Shown: positions 9,692-19,836, counted from the first letter of the stretch. The stretch: DNA of 64,000 nt from a bacterium (GCA_963663405.2 CAXXSM010000021.1:1-64000), one strand, 5' to 3'. A program made the numbers and translations. The notes: a model not told the origin generated them from the letters alone.

Positions 9692-10308
9692 AGATTCCTC
9701 GCCGCTATTGGATTGAAATTCTTATCGTTCTTGCTGTGCTTGCTCTCCTTCTAATCGTGATGATTCCCCGTTTCCAACAAGCGCAGATCCTCCAAAAAGT
9801 CACGCAGGCAAGAGATGACCTGCACGAAATCGCCAAAGCGATGGCCGCTTATAATGTGAGTGAGAGTGGGTATGGGGTTCAGGAAGTAAATTTCCTATTT
9901 GATAATGCGGCAAGTGAAGAACCATTAATGATTAATGTGAACTCGTTGACAGATACAGCGTCTATTGTTTTGATCCCCGAATACCATTTCCTACCGTATC
10001 TGGTTCGATATCCATCGCATGAATTTCCCCTTCGATATGTTGGGATGGATGGTGTCAATCGAAGTATTACAACAGCGATTGTACAGAAAAAAGAAATGCG
10101 GGAAATGAATGTTGAACAATTCCCTTCCGAGCCTTTTTATTCGGCGGATTGGTACCGGCTGAATCTAAACCGAGAATATCTCGGCTCCACCGCAGGACCG
10201 TGCATCACTGTATCAAAATCAAATAACCTAACTGAATATTACCGCCTCTACGATCCTTCCAACGGCGTCATGAGCCACGGATTGATCCTCTATCTTTCTC
10301 CCCAATAA
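9688..10308 (+). CDS. Pilin/pseudopilin-like protein, paralog of the upstream gene
   Basis: WIEILIVLAVLALLLIVMIPRFQQAQ; TAGP...YDPSNGVMSHG; ATGA overlap. Confidence 0.7.
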   Translation: MKIPRRYWIEILIVLAVLALLLIVMIPRFQQAQILQKVTQARDDLHEIAKAMAAYNVSESGYGVQEVNFLFDNAASEEPLMINVNSLTDTASIVLIPEYHFLPYLVRYPSHEFPLRYVGMDGVNRSITTAIVQKKEMREMNVEQFPSEPFYSADWYRLNLNREYLGSTAGPCITVSKSNNLTEYYRLYDPSNGVMSHGLILYLSPQ

Positions 10309-10415
10309 AGGAAATACAAAACTATAGGAGTACTCTTGAAAACTAAATAAATAGTGTTTACTCTTTTCATGTTGTTCGAAAAAATATTTGCATCAAAGCG
10401 AAGGGGGAAATTCGT

Positions 10416-11915
10416 ATGAGAGAATGGATGAGAGGATTGGTTGTATTCACATTTTGCGCCGCAGTTTGTGGAATTGGATTCTCCGATACGCTGGATGAAA
10501 TTGAGTCACTAGATCCTTTGGTACCCATCACATTCGATGAAGTTGAAGGGCTGGAACCTGTGACGGATGAGATCCGGCCAGATGACACCCAGTTTCATGA
10601 TGGCGCGTCCGCGTTTGGATTCCTGGTTCAGATGGATTTTGTGCCCGGCACGGATGATTTTGTCATGGTGACCTGGTCGCAGGAAGGCGGCTGGCAAGGC
10701 CCCTCACGGGCCGCGGTTTGGAAATTCGACGCCGAAGGCAATATCATCGCCGGTCCCACCAGTGTCCAAGAGGATGGAGAACCTCCATTCGGGCATGGAT
10801 TCGCCTGGGACGCCGCCGCGTTTTCAGATGGATCCGCGATCGCCGCCGGTCCCGCCCGGTTTGGCGTCATGGACGAGGGGGATATTCCCCTTTCCATTTA
10901 CGACCGGCCGATCTGTGTGACGAGACGGTTCGATGCGGAATTGAACCGGTTAGGTGAATTAAGAAGCACATTCGAACCGGAACTTGTTCCAGGAAGTGAT
11001 AACCGGGATGGCAACGACTCTTTAAAACCACGCGTCGTCGTTATTGGAAATGACCGTTATGTTGTTACCGCCGTCATGTCATCCGCCAAAATGCAGGAAG
11101 CGGTGGGCTTGACCGACACAGGCGCTTCCCCCACGACAAAGGTTTATTACCGGGTTTTTGAGAAAGATGGTTCTCCTGTCGGTCCAACCCGCTGGGCGTT
11201 CCCCATCAGTGATGAAGAGGGTGGTTGGGGAGCGAGTACGAACGATCACGATATCGCGCCGCGGCCGAGTGGAGGATTCGCGATCGTCGCGGCCGGCGCA
11301 CCGCCAACGGAGAATGGAGATCAACACCCCATCCAGTTCTTTGACAACAACGGGGATCCGGAAGGCGATCCGTTTGGCGTTGTCGAACAGGACATTATTG
11401 ACTTGGGGATGGATAAACCTAGCATCGTACAGCCGGAAATCAGCCAGGCGAACGGCATTTTCGCTCTCGGCTCTTCAATCCAAGTATTTGGCAGCGACGC
11501 GCTCGCTCTCACATTGTTTGATGATGAGAAAAATATTCTCCGCTCTACGATCGATGGTATAGGAGAACAGGATTTGGCTCCTCTTCGCGAAAGCGACGTG
11601 GGACAAGATCCCTCTGGAAACGTTTTCATCGCGAGCCGCGACCAATTTACTGAAGGCCCGGATTTAGACAGCGACATGGTCGTTGTACGAATCTTCACCA
11701 ACGAAGGAGAGCCGGTGACCGGCAGTTTCTGTCCCTATCCACCCAGCGGCTATCCAGGAAGCCAGAGAGATCCGGTTGTCATTGCGAGTGATAACATTTT
11801 TATCGTCGCCTATCTCAGTGACGCGCCCCCGTCGGATGTAGGAGGATTAAATACTTTCCGCATCTTTAAAAATCCATTGGCTCCTGTCTCGGTCCAGGAT
11901 TGGGAATTACATTAG
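10416..11915 (+). CDS. Acidic secreted protein (beta-propeller-like) with C-terminal VSVQDWELH tail
   Basis: Signal peptide; repeated [RQ]xF(D/T)xxGxPxxxxF strands; similar to 56530-57921. Confidence 0.75.
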   Translation: MREWMRGLVVFTFCAAVCGIGFSDTLDEIESLDPLVPITFDEVEGLEPVTDEIRPDDTQFHDGASAFGFLVQMDFVPGTDDFVMVTWSQEGGWQGPSRAAVWKFDAEGNIIAGPTSVQEDGEPPFGHGFAWDAAAFSDGSAIAAGPARFGVMDEGDIPLSIYDRPICVTRRFDAELNRLGELRSTFEPELVPGSDNRDGNDSLKPRVVVIGNDRYVVTAVMSSAKMQEAVGLTDTGASPTTKVYYRVFEKDGSPVGPTRWAFPISDEEGGWGASTNDHDIAPRPSGGFAIVAAGAPPTENGDQHPIQFFDNNGDPEGDPFGVVEQDIIDLGMDKPSIVQPEISQANGIFALGSSIQVFGSDALALTLFDDEKNILRSTIDGIGEQDLAPLRESDVGQDPSGNVFIASRDQFTEGPDLDSDMVVVRIFTNEGEPVTGSFCPYPPSGYPGSQRDPVVIASDNIFIVAYLSDAPPSDVGGLNTFRIFKNPLAPVSVQDWELH

Positions 11916-12103
11916 AAACATACGCAATCACGTAAATTCTTTCTTTTTGTTTTTTTTCCCTCCAATGAAATCCGAAATTCATCAAATACGGATTTCAGCC
12001 GGTTTCTTCTTTAATTGAATCCTATCGCTTACGCCTGTTTGCACCCGCTCCGCTTTCATGTAAGATAGCTACTTTATATTCATTATATCGAGGAGGTCAT
12101 TCG

Positions 12104-13987
12104 TTGATGACTCGGATTCAGTTATTCTCATTCTTATTGATTTTTGTCGTTTTAGGAATTTCTTCCCCTATGGTCCCAGCGCAAACCGATGCGGAAACCG
12201 CAGAGAAGGCGGAGAAGGCGGAACCACCCAAACCCGTTTCATATCCTGCTGAAACACCTTTAGTCCGGTATGGAGATCTGGAATTTTCGCTTGGGTATTT
12301 CTTCATGTACGAACGCAAAGGGCTGGACCGGTTGGATCCCTCCGATAAGGAAGGCCGGAAACAGATGCAGGATGCGGCGGTCTCCCATATGATTTTCGAT
12401 CATCTTCTCTATCGGCAGGCGATGGAACAGGGATACGGGAACGATCCAGAATTCCGCGCCCGCAACCGGGATATGGAAAATGAATGGCTGACGGCGTTTT
12501 ATCTTTACCATCATTTTGATAAAGATTTTACGGTAAGTGAAGAGGAAATAAAGAAACACTATGATGAGGTTAAGGAAGAACAATTCCATGATCCTCTCAA
12601 GTATTCGTTCCGCCACATTTTCTTCCAGACGGTTGATCGGACGGAGGAAGAACAGAAAAAAGCGGAAGAACAGGTGAAGGAAGCGATGGCCCTGATTAAA
12701 GCTGGGTCCGACTTCGTAAAAGTGGCCGAACGTTTTTCTGAATCAGGCAAGAAGGGATCAATGATTGGCCCTCTCAATACGCGCGAATACTACGAAAAAG
12801 TCAATACCCCGGAAAAAGCAATCAATCCAGAACTGGAAAAAACACTGCTCTCTCTTAAAGTGGGAGACATATCGGATATCGTTAAAACCAAATACGGCTA
12901 TGAAATCTTGAAACTTGAATCGCTGCAGCCCGAACAATTCACCCCGTTCCGGCAAGTTCAATCGCGTCTCAAACAAACTCTCCAAAAGCAGAAACGGGAT
13001 GAATTCAAGAAAAAAATCGTGAACGATTATTGGGACGAAGCGGTGACAGAATATAATCCAGACGTCATATTCGAAGAAGACGCCGCGCCGGATAAAACCG
13101 TCGCTGTTATCTACGGCCAGACGATGACCAAATCGGATTATGATTTCTTAAAAGGGCGCAACGCGCGCCGCCAGGAAGGCGAATCCACTGAAGAATATCA
13201 AACTCGCTGCAAGGAGAATTTGAAAGAAAACATTATTCTCAAATTCATCGGTGGAAAACTGGGGAAGGATCTGCATTACGACACGATTCCCCGGTATCGG
13301 ATGATCACCGATTCAATGCGGACGAATAAAGTCGCTCTGGCGTGGTGGTCGTTAAAGAGTAAGCAGTACATGGAAGAGAATCCGGTAACGGAGGAAGAAA
13401 AGAAAGCCTTTTTCGAAGAAAATCAAGGCAGCTTTCTTAAACCCCAAAAAGCGGAAATGGCGGAAATGACGTTCAACATTCCACCTCACGATAAAACAGT
13501 GAAATACGAAGTCTACAGAGCGCAGAAGCAGGCGTCCGATAAAGCGAGGGAAGCTCTCAAACGGGTACAGGCCGGTGAGAAATTCGCTGATGTGGCCCGT
13601 AAAATGTCGGAAAGCGAAACCGCGAAAGATGGCGGCGTTGTGGGATTGATTGACTGGAACTCGGAGGCGCTGCCCAAATCCGTTACACGCGAAGCGTTGA
13701 AACTCGACGTAGGCGCCGTCTGTGAAAAACCCATTCAAACCGATAGCGCGTACTACCTGGTCACCGTGCTCGAAAAACCTGAACGGGAACCGATGGACTA
13801 TAACGACGAAACCGTTCAAACCCGTCTTGAACGGGCCGTGGCGAACCAAAAACGCAATGCGTACCGCACCGAAGTGACTAACAAGATGTTCGATCCTGAA
13901 GGGATTGAAATTCTCTTTGACGAGTTCTACACCTTCAATCCCCGCTTTCTGAAAAATGCCAGTCTCGATGTGCCCCTATCGCAATAA
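12104..13987 (+). CDS. Exported peptidyl-prolyl isomerase/chaperone with two PpiC (parvulin) domains
   Basis: FRHIFF..DFVKVAERFSE..ISDIVKTKYGYEILKL and FADVARKMSE..AKDGGVVG; GAGGAGG RBS. Confidence 0.85.
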   Translation: MMTRIQLFSFLLIFVVLGISSPMVPAQTDAETAEKAEKAEPPKPVSYPAETPLVRYGDLEFSLGYFFMYERKGLDRLDPSDKEGRKQMQDAAVSHMIFDHLLYRQAMEQGYGNDPEFRARNRDMENEWLTAFYLYHHFDKDFTVSEEEIKKHYDEVKEEQFHDPLKYSFRHIFFQTVDRTEEEQKKAEEQVKEAMALIKAGSDFVKVAERFSESGKKGSMIGPLNTREYYEKVNTPEKAINPELEKTLLSLKVGDISDIVKTKYGYEILKLESLQPEQFTPFRQVQSRLKQTLQKQKRDEFKKKIVNDYWDEAVTEYNPDVIFEEDAAPDKTVAVIYGQTMTKSDYDFLKGRNARRQEGESTEEYQTRCKENLKENIILKFIGGKLGKDLHYDTIPRYRMITDSMRTNKVALAWWSLKSKQYMEENPVTEEEKKAFFEENQGSFLKPQKAEMAEMTFNIPPHDKTVKYEVYRAQKQASDKAREALKRVQAGEKFADVARKMSESETAKDGGVVGLIDWNSEALPKSVTREALKLDVGAVCEKPIQTDSAYYLVTVLEKPEREPMDYNDETVQTRLERAVANQKRNAYRTEVTNKMFDPEGIEILFDEFYTFNPRFLKNASLDVPLSQ

Positions 13988-14017
13988 GATTTATTCATCA
14001 CGTCTATGCATAACAAG

Positions 14018-14050
14018 GAGAAGGCGATGGATTTCGTCTTCTCTTTTTTT
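14018..14050 (+). terminator. Rho-independent terminator
   Basis: GAGAAGGCGA/TCGTCTTCTC stem followed by T7. Confidence 0.65.
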
Positions 14051-14267
14051 CATTATTTTGGGGAGTAATGTTCCAGGCAGGTTTAATGATCCGCTAATGA
14101 AAATCCGCTTGTTTGCTTCATTCCGAATCTCTATAATGATGTGATAGTGAAAAAAAACTGCATGATGTTACTTACCTTGGTTTTGTGTATGGAAACGCGT
14201 CAATATCTCAATCTCTGAGTTTTTTTGTTATGATTTTTTTGCCGTTTTTTCTTGGAAGGAATACCTT

Positions 14268-14945
14268 ATGCGGATTCTCCTTATTGAAGACGATAAAAAG
14301 ATCGCTTCCTTTGTGATAAACGGCCTAAAAGAAGCTGGATTTTCCGTGGATCATATGGACGATGGTGATCGTGGGTATGAATTGTTGATCGATGGAAAGT
14401 ACTCCGCCGCGATCGTTGATATTCTCCTGCCGGGTTTGGATGGTTTTACCATTGTCGAAAAAGCTCGGAAGAAGAATGTCGAAATTCCGATCATCTTTTT
14501 AAGCGCGAAACGGGAAATCCGCGATCGTATAAAAGGCCTCGATATAGGTGGCGATGATTATCTAATCAAGCCGTTTTCGTTCGCTGAATTACTAGCCCGG
14601 CTGCAAGCGATTCTCCGGCGGACCACAGGGCAGATAGAGTCCTCACAACTGACGGTAGGGGATTTGGAAATCGATTTGTTAAAACACGCCGTTTCAAGGA
14701 ATGGACGCAACGTCGATTTGAATCCACGGGAATTCAAACTTTTAGAATATCTGATGAGAAATCCAGGCCGGGTGGTTTCGAAAACAATGATTATGGACCA
14801 GGTATGGGATTACTATTTTGATCCACAAACCAATGTCGTTGAAGCGACCATGTGCCGGTTGCGGAGCAAATTGAATGATGGATTTGATGATAAATTAATA
14901 CGCACGATCCGGGGAGTGGGTTATGTTCTCGAAGATCCGGTTTAA
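14268..14945 (+). CDS. OmpR/CusR-family response regulator
   Basis: ILLIEDD, DILLPGLDG, GDDYLIKPF, TNVVE, IRTIRGVGY. Confidence 0.95.
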   Translation: MRILLIEDDKKIASFVINGLKEAGFSVDHMDDGDRGYELLIDGKYSAAIVDILLPGLDGFTIVEKARKKNVEIPIIFLSAKREIRDRIKGLDIGGDDYLIKPFSFAELLARLQAILRRTTGQIESSQLTVGDLEIDLLKHAVSRNGRNVDLNPREFKLLEYLMRNPGRVVSKTMIMDQVWDYYFDPQTNVVEATMCRLRSKLNDGFDDKLIRTIRGVGYVLEDPV

Positions 14946-16335
14946 ACAACACTTCCGAACGCTGGCGTTTCGATTGACGTTTTCTTATACGTACGTTTTC
15001 GCCATCGTCTCTCTTTGCGGATTTCTTGCCCTCTATTTCTGTATCAAACAGTATCTCTTCAACCAGATCGATAATGAATTGCTGGAAGAATACCATGAAT
15101 GTGGTTTAATTGTTCAAGATTTCGAACTGCAATTCGTTGAATCATTTTTTTATCAAGAAGCGGAGGCCGAAGATGATGGATCCGAATCGGCTTTCTTCCG
15201 GTTGATGAATAAAGACAATGAAGTGGTAGCGGCGTCCGACATGAGAGATTGGCCCGTGTCTATGTTGAATACTCTTTTTTCTACGAAAAACCAAGTTGGA
15301 ACCATTGAACTCCATTCCGTTTCGATCAGCGGCGAAGGAATTAACGCGCGGATCATTTCAGGCGTATTGCCACAGGGACTTACATTACAGATCGGATTCT
15401 TAATCGATAGGGAATTGGAATTCTTATCGACGATCAAACTCTATTCAGCCATGATTCTCCTCTGTATTCTGCTCGCTGGATTCATCGTAGGTAGAAATAT
15501 GTCCCAGATGGCGATTCGAGGGATCAAAAATGTCACGAATACGGCAAATCAGATAGCGGATGGTCAGTTCGAGAAGAGAGTGGTCATCTCCCGTTATGGA
15601 GAAGAGATTGAAGATCTAGCCTGCGCCTTCAATCAAATGACGGAAAAGATTTCCGCATTGCTTCATGAAATGGCGGAAATGAATGACAATATCGCCCATG
15701 ATCTTCGCAGTCCACTGGCTCGGATTCATGGTCTCGCCGAAGAGAAACTAATGAAACAGGATGTGTCGGAAGACTGCCGGACCGTCTGTGAAGATGTGAT
15801 TGAGGAATGTGATATTCTGCTGCATGTTATCAATACAATGCTGGATATTTCCGAAGCGGAATCGGGTTTGACACGTTCGAACATAGAAGAGATCAATCTG
15901 GAAAAAATCGTAAGCCAAACGACGGATTTCTTCAAACCTGTCGCGGACGATAAGAAAATATTTCTCAAAACGAAAATCGGCTGTTCTTCGTTGATTGAAG
16001 GTGATCGCCGGAAACTGCAACGGGCTATTTCCAATTTGATCGATAATGCGTTGAAATACACCGATTCCGGCGGTGAGATTACGGTCGAACTATCGCGAGA
16101 GAACGGAACGGCTAACATTATCGTAACGGATACGGGAATCGGGATTTCACCCGCGGAACTTCCCAAAATCTTCCAACGGTTCTACCGGGGGAATAAAAGC
16201 CGTTCGAAACCAGGCAATGGATTGGGCCTGAGTTTAGCGTTATCGGTCGCCCATCTTCATGGAGGGAACCTAAACGTCGATTCCCACGAAGAAAGTGGAA
16301 GCAAGTTTACTCTCACACTGCCGGTATCTCAATAA
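14923..16335 (+). CDS. Sensor histidine kinase (2 TM, HAMP, HisKA, HATPase)
   Basis: IAHDLRSPL H-box, NLIDNALKY, DTGIGI, GNGLGL. Confidence 0.95.
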   Translation: MFSKIRFKQHFRTLAFRLTFSYTYVFAIVSLCGFLALYFCIKQYLFNQIDNELLEEYHECGLIVQDFELQFVESFFYQEAEAEDDGSESAFFRLMNKDNEVVAASDMRDWPVSMLNTLFSTKNQVGTIELHSVSISGEGINARIISGVLPQGLTLQIGFLIDRELEFLSTIKLYSAMILLCILLAGFIVGRNMSQMAIRGIKNVTNTANQIADGQFEKRVVISRYGEEIEDLACAFNQMTEKISALLHEMAEMNDNIAHDLRSPLARIHGLAEEKLMKQDVSEDCRTVCEDVIEECDILLHVINTMLDISEAESGLTRSNIEEINLEKIVSQTTDFFKPVADDKKIFLKTKIGCSSLIEGDRRKLQRAISNLIDNALKYTDSGGEITVELSRENGTANIIVTDTGIGISPAELPKIFQRFYRGNKSRSKPGNGLGLSLALSVAHLHGGNLNVDSHEESGSKFTLTLPVSQ

Positions 16336-16384
16336 TCCCTCTTTGTCCTCCTTTTTTTCTGTTTCGCTCAGTAATTTAAGCTGA

Positions 16385-16404
16385 AGGTAACATATTTGTA
16401 ATCT
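16385..16404. promoter_or_regulatory. Possible response-regulator box (imperfect palindrome AGGTAACA-N4-TGTAATCT)
   Basis: Resembles ATTACA-N4-TGTAAT boxes of CusR/CopR-type regulators; lies between the two-component genes and the next ORF. Confidence 0.3.
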
Positions 16405-16607
16405 TACGATCATCTTCCTGTAAACAATGTATTCTATTCTTATTGTTGCGGCGATGAAAAAGGTTTCTTAAGGTGAAACTCCATTATGTTTTATTCATGG
16501 AAAGTAGACCTGTCTCTATCTCTGCGGATGTAGATTTTTTTCCCGGCTTGGCGCTGTATTGCTGTTTTGATCAAAAAAAGTGTGTTTGCATGGCATCATA
16601 TGATGAG

Positions 16608-17123
16608 GTGATGAAAATGAGAAGCATGATAAAACGAATTTCAAAATATACGAAAATTCCAGAGTCTATCGTTGAAATCGCTGGATTAATTCTGCTTTCC
16701 GCGATTCTCTTATTTCCTCAAGATTATTCATACACGGATGAAGGAGACAACATGGCTTTGCGTGTCACTGTGTTTAACGAAACCGAACTGGTGGATGGCG
16801 TTACAACAAGAATCGTGGAAAAAGAAGATACAACAGATGGTGAGAGAACGGGAATTTCAGGGAATTTATATGAAAATGAGTCTAGATAACTATCTCAATC
16901 GCAATCTCTCCCGCGACTCATTTTCATTTGCAGTTGTGATCTCAACCATGAAGGTTTATATGCGATCTACGGCCGGACAAACGATGTTTACTATTTCGGA
17001 GAAGACATAGATCTCTATGAACATAGTATCCCTGGCGCCGGAATCGTACAGGATGACAAATTTATATTGACCGAGAGGAATTTCCCAGATGCAGTCAGTG
17101 ACTGGGAATTATTCACATCCTGA
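16608..17123 (+). pseudogene. Secreted protein gene disrupted by a 90-bp in-frame insertion carrying a stop; ends DAVSDWELFTS
   Basis: Same frame on both sides of TAA 16887-16889; TTTATATG duplicated at 16865-72 and 16955-62; removal gives ISGNLYAIYGRTNDVYYFGEDIDLYE; start position uncertain. Confidence 0.6.
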
Positions 17124-17158
17124 ATATCCTCTTATCCTGGCTGTCCGGATTCTGACAA
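17117..17158. repeat. Solo arm related to the GxxExxY-flanking repeats
   Basis: ATCC spaced about 9 nt, ending GGATTCTGACAA, the reverse complement of the unit-2 start TTGTCAGAATCC (29531); near-duplicate at 19716-19755. Confidence 0.6.
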
Positions 17159-17204
17159 AAATAGAATAGCAATCTTGAACGACTCCATTCCAATTCGTTT
17201 ATTA

Positions 17205-18143
17205 CTAATCCTTAGCGTATATCATTAATTGTTTTCTAGTAGATTGAAGTAATGAAACAGCGTTTTCCTGCGGCGCGCGAAGGATGATCGTAAAGCGGCC
17301 GGTATTATATACAATCATCTCTCCCTCATATTCACTCGTAACACGAAACGCGCCGGTCAAATCATCGACCGCTTCAATTTTCGCCTTCGTTCGATCAAAG
17401 TGTTTTTTGAATGAATTCCACTTTTCTCCAGTTTCTTTCGCGTTGGCGTTGATGAAAATCGCTAAAACACTCTCTTCATCTCCCCAGCGATACGTTGCCG
17501 TAACGACTGGGTTCAAAAACGAATATCCCAACGGATTGACCTTTAGATATTGTTCGCTGTTCTCAACTTTCGAATCTTTGGGGAGTGATTGCAGAACATG
17601 GGGAAATGGGTTCACTTCCCCGATTTTTCCTGAGACCGACCGCGCGAATCGAACGAGAATCAAACGCAGTTTATTATCCGGGCCGAACGCGGCGAGTTTC
17701 ACATAATACGGTCCATGAAGGAAATTGAGTCCATACGGGTTGATCGTGCCCTGCGTTCCAATGGGTATAAAATCGAGATCGGGGGACCGTTCGATGCTAT
17801 AGATGCCAAACGCGTTTAATAGAGTACCCATGTTATATATATCGATCGTGATTTCCACTTCACCGGCTTTATATTGAGCGCTGATCAAGTTTTCAAAATC
17901 ATATTGATGGAAACTCTCCGCTGCGCCGTTGATGTATTCATACAACGTTTCTTCATCAAAAAACTGCGGCTTCTCTGTCTGGACCGCGTTGAAAAGGCTA
18001 GGTTCGGGCAGCAAAGAGCGCAACTGCGCTTTCTCTCTTTCGGATATCGGAGCGGGGCTGTTCTCTTCCGCCTGCGTTGCGCTTATGATTCCCCCCATAA
18101 TGATCCCTAAGCAGAGAGGGAGTATTCGATATAAAGATCTCAT
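17205..18143 (-). CDS. Exported protein, DUF6599-like
   Basis: Signal peptide; LYEYINGAAESF, IDIYNMG..NAFGIYS.ER, GPYYVKL. Confidence 0.65.
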   Translation of the reverse strand: MRSLYRILPLCLGIIMGGIISATQAEENSPAPISEREKAQLRSLLPEPSLFNAVQTEKPQFFDEETLYEYINGAAESFHQYDFENLISAQYKAGEVEITIDIYNMGTLLNAFGIYSIERSPDLDFIPIGTQGTINPYGLNFLHGPYYVKLAAFGPDNKLRLILVRFARSVSGKIGEVNPFPHVLQSLPKDSKVENSEQYLKVNPLGYSFLNPVVTATYRWGDEESVLAIFINANAKETGEKWNSFKKHFDRTKAKIEAVDDLTGAFRVTSEYEGEMIVYNTGRFTIILRAPQENAVSLLQSTRKQLMIYAKD

Positions 18144-18203
18144 CGTTTGGAGTCCTTTCCTTGAATTGTGTAATGCAGGTAGATTATATCGTTTGAGGCG
18201 GGT

Positions 18204-19226
18204 CTATAAAATGGCGAGGTTCTTCCGGACCCATTCCACCAACTGCTTGATTCCTTCTTCCACTCCTGTTTTTGGAGTCCAATCCAGGTGAGATTGGGCT
18301 TTCGCGCAGTTCATCACACAGACTTTTTGATCGCCAGGCCGCCAGCCGTCTTTTGAAATTGCAAGGGTTTCACCGAGTTCTTTTTCCAGCATAGGGCCGA
18401 ATTCATTCCATATACTCACGCTGTGTTCTGCGCCGCCTCCAATATTGTAGACTTCTCCCGCCGCGCGATCGATCCGGTCTACGGCCCGTTTATAAACATC
18501 GACCAAGTCGTTCACCCATAATAAATCCCGAACCTGTTTCCCATCGCCGAAAATCGTGATAGGAGTTTTTTTTAAAGCGGCGATGGTGAACCATGCGGCC
18601 CATCCTTGATCTTCGATTCCAAACTGCCGGGGACCATAGATGGCGGATTGGCGGAAGACGACGGTTTTCAATCCATAAATCCGCGCATAATCCCGCACGT
18701 ATTGATCCGCGCAGCCTTTGGAACAGCCATAGGGAGAGTGAAAGTCGAGTGGGAAACTTTCGTCGATTCCGTCTTTGAGTGATTCGTACTCGTACCGAGT
18801 TTTCTTTTCAATAATCCCATTCTGTTCCATACCACCGTAGACTTTGTTGGTGGAAGCGAAGAGCAGAATCGGTTCGTTGTCACACTGCCGCAGCGCTTCC
18901 AACACATTGAACGTGCCCAATGCGTTGATCGTAAAATCGGATTGTGGATCGGTGACGGACGTGGTTACCGCCACCTGCGCGGCCAAGTGAACGACAACGT
19001 CAAAAGGGCCATAGGCCGCCAAGACGTTCTGCAGATCGATCCGGTGCCGAACGTCGAGATGCGTATATTGCAATTGTGGATGTTTGTTTCGCAGCCAATG
19101 AAGGTTGTGGATCGATCCACGGCGCGAAAAGTTATCCGCGATTACAACCGTTTCCCCTTCTGATAACAATCGGTCAGCCAGGTTGCTACCGATAAACCCG
19201 GCGCCTCCAAGAATCAAATAGTTCAT
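18204..19226 (-). CDS. NAD-dependent epimerase, CDP-paratose 2-epimerase-like
   Basis: GGAGFIG, HLAAQVAVTTS, STNKVYG, SPYGCSKG, EDQGW, RPGDQ. Confidence 0.9.
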   Translation of the reverse strand: MNYLILGGAGFIGSNLADRLLSEGETVVIADNFSRRGSIHNLHWLRNKHPQLQYTHLDVRHRIDLQNVLAAYGPFDVVVHLAAQVAVTTSVTDPQSDFTINALGTFNVLEALRQCDNEPILLFASTNKVYGGMEQNGIIEKKTRYEYESLKDGIDESFPLDFHSPYGCSKGCADQYVRDYARIYGLKTVVFRQSAIYGPRQFGIEDQGWAAWFTIAALKKTPITIFGDGKQVRDLLWVNDLVDVYKRAVDRIDRAAGEVYNIGGGAEHSVSIWNEFGPMLEKELGETLAISKDGWRPGDQKVCVMNCAKAQSHLDWTPKTGVEEGIKQLVEWVRKNLAIL

Positions 19227-19543
19227 AACGTAATACTCAATTTCTGCTTGTGGGATAAAATAGCATTATTATAAAGAATGCGGTTTGATTCAAGATTTGC
19301 GTTTCAGCGTACACGCGTCTTGACATTTTTCTCATAGCATTCATACTACTTATTCTATGATTAAGAGTAAGTCCTAAAGCCAAATATATTTGAATTTAGG
19401 ATGGTTGCAAATTCTTTCAAGGCATTGAAGTGATAGATTTATAGAAGGGCCTTGAACGAATCCAAAAACGCTGTTCCATAACGAATTCTTGTCTGGTTGG
19501 GATTGGCGTAAAGTTCGTAATACCGAAAATAGATCCAATTCAT

Positions 19544-19626
19544 CCAGGGGTGCCCGAGTGGCCAAAGGGAGCAGGCTGTAAACCTGCCGGCGTCAGCCTT
19601 CGAAGGTTCGAATCCTTCCCCCTGGA
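19544..19626 (+). tRNA. tRNA-Tyr(GTA) with C1:G72, A73 and long variable arm; CCA not encoded
   Basis: Acceptor CCAGGGG/CCCCTGG; anticodon arm GCAGG-CTGTAAA-CCTGC; 14-nt variable region with GGC/GCC stem; T arm GAAGG-TTCGAAT-CCTTC. Confidence 0.96.
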
Positions 19627-19715
19627 TTTTTTTATGGAGCGCGGGCGTCTTGCCCGTAATACCGGATTTAATTATCAATCCATATCGATAAAGGATTGCA
19701 CGGTAATAAATCCTT

Positions 19716-19755
19716 TCCTGAATATCCTTTCATCTTGAAGATCCGGATTCTGACA
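19716..19755. repeat. Solo arm related to the GxxExxY-flanking repeats
   Basis: TCCTGAATATCCTTTCATCTTGAAGATCCGGATTCTGACA, similar to 17118-17157. Confidence 0.6.
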
Positions 19756-19836
19756 TAAAAATCTCCATAAATAGCAATAATTGAATCAACGCAACAGCAA
19801 GACAATAATCAAAAATACAAAAAGAATCCTTCCCAA

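Noticed and set aside
19627-19836. Prophage or island integration at tRNA-Tyr
   Set aside because: I saw no integrase and no duplicate of the tRNA 3' end elsewhere in the window.
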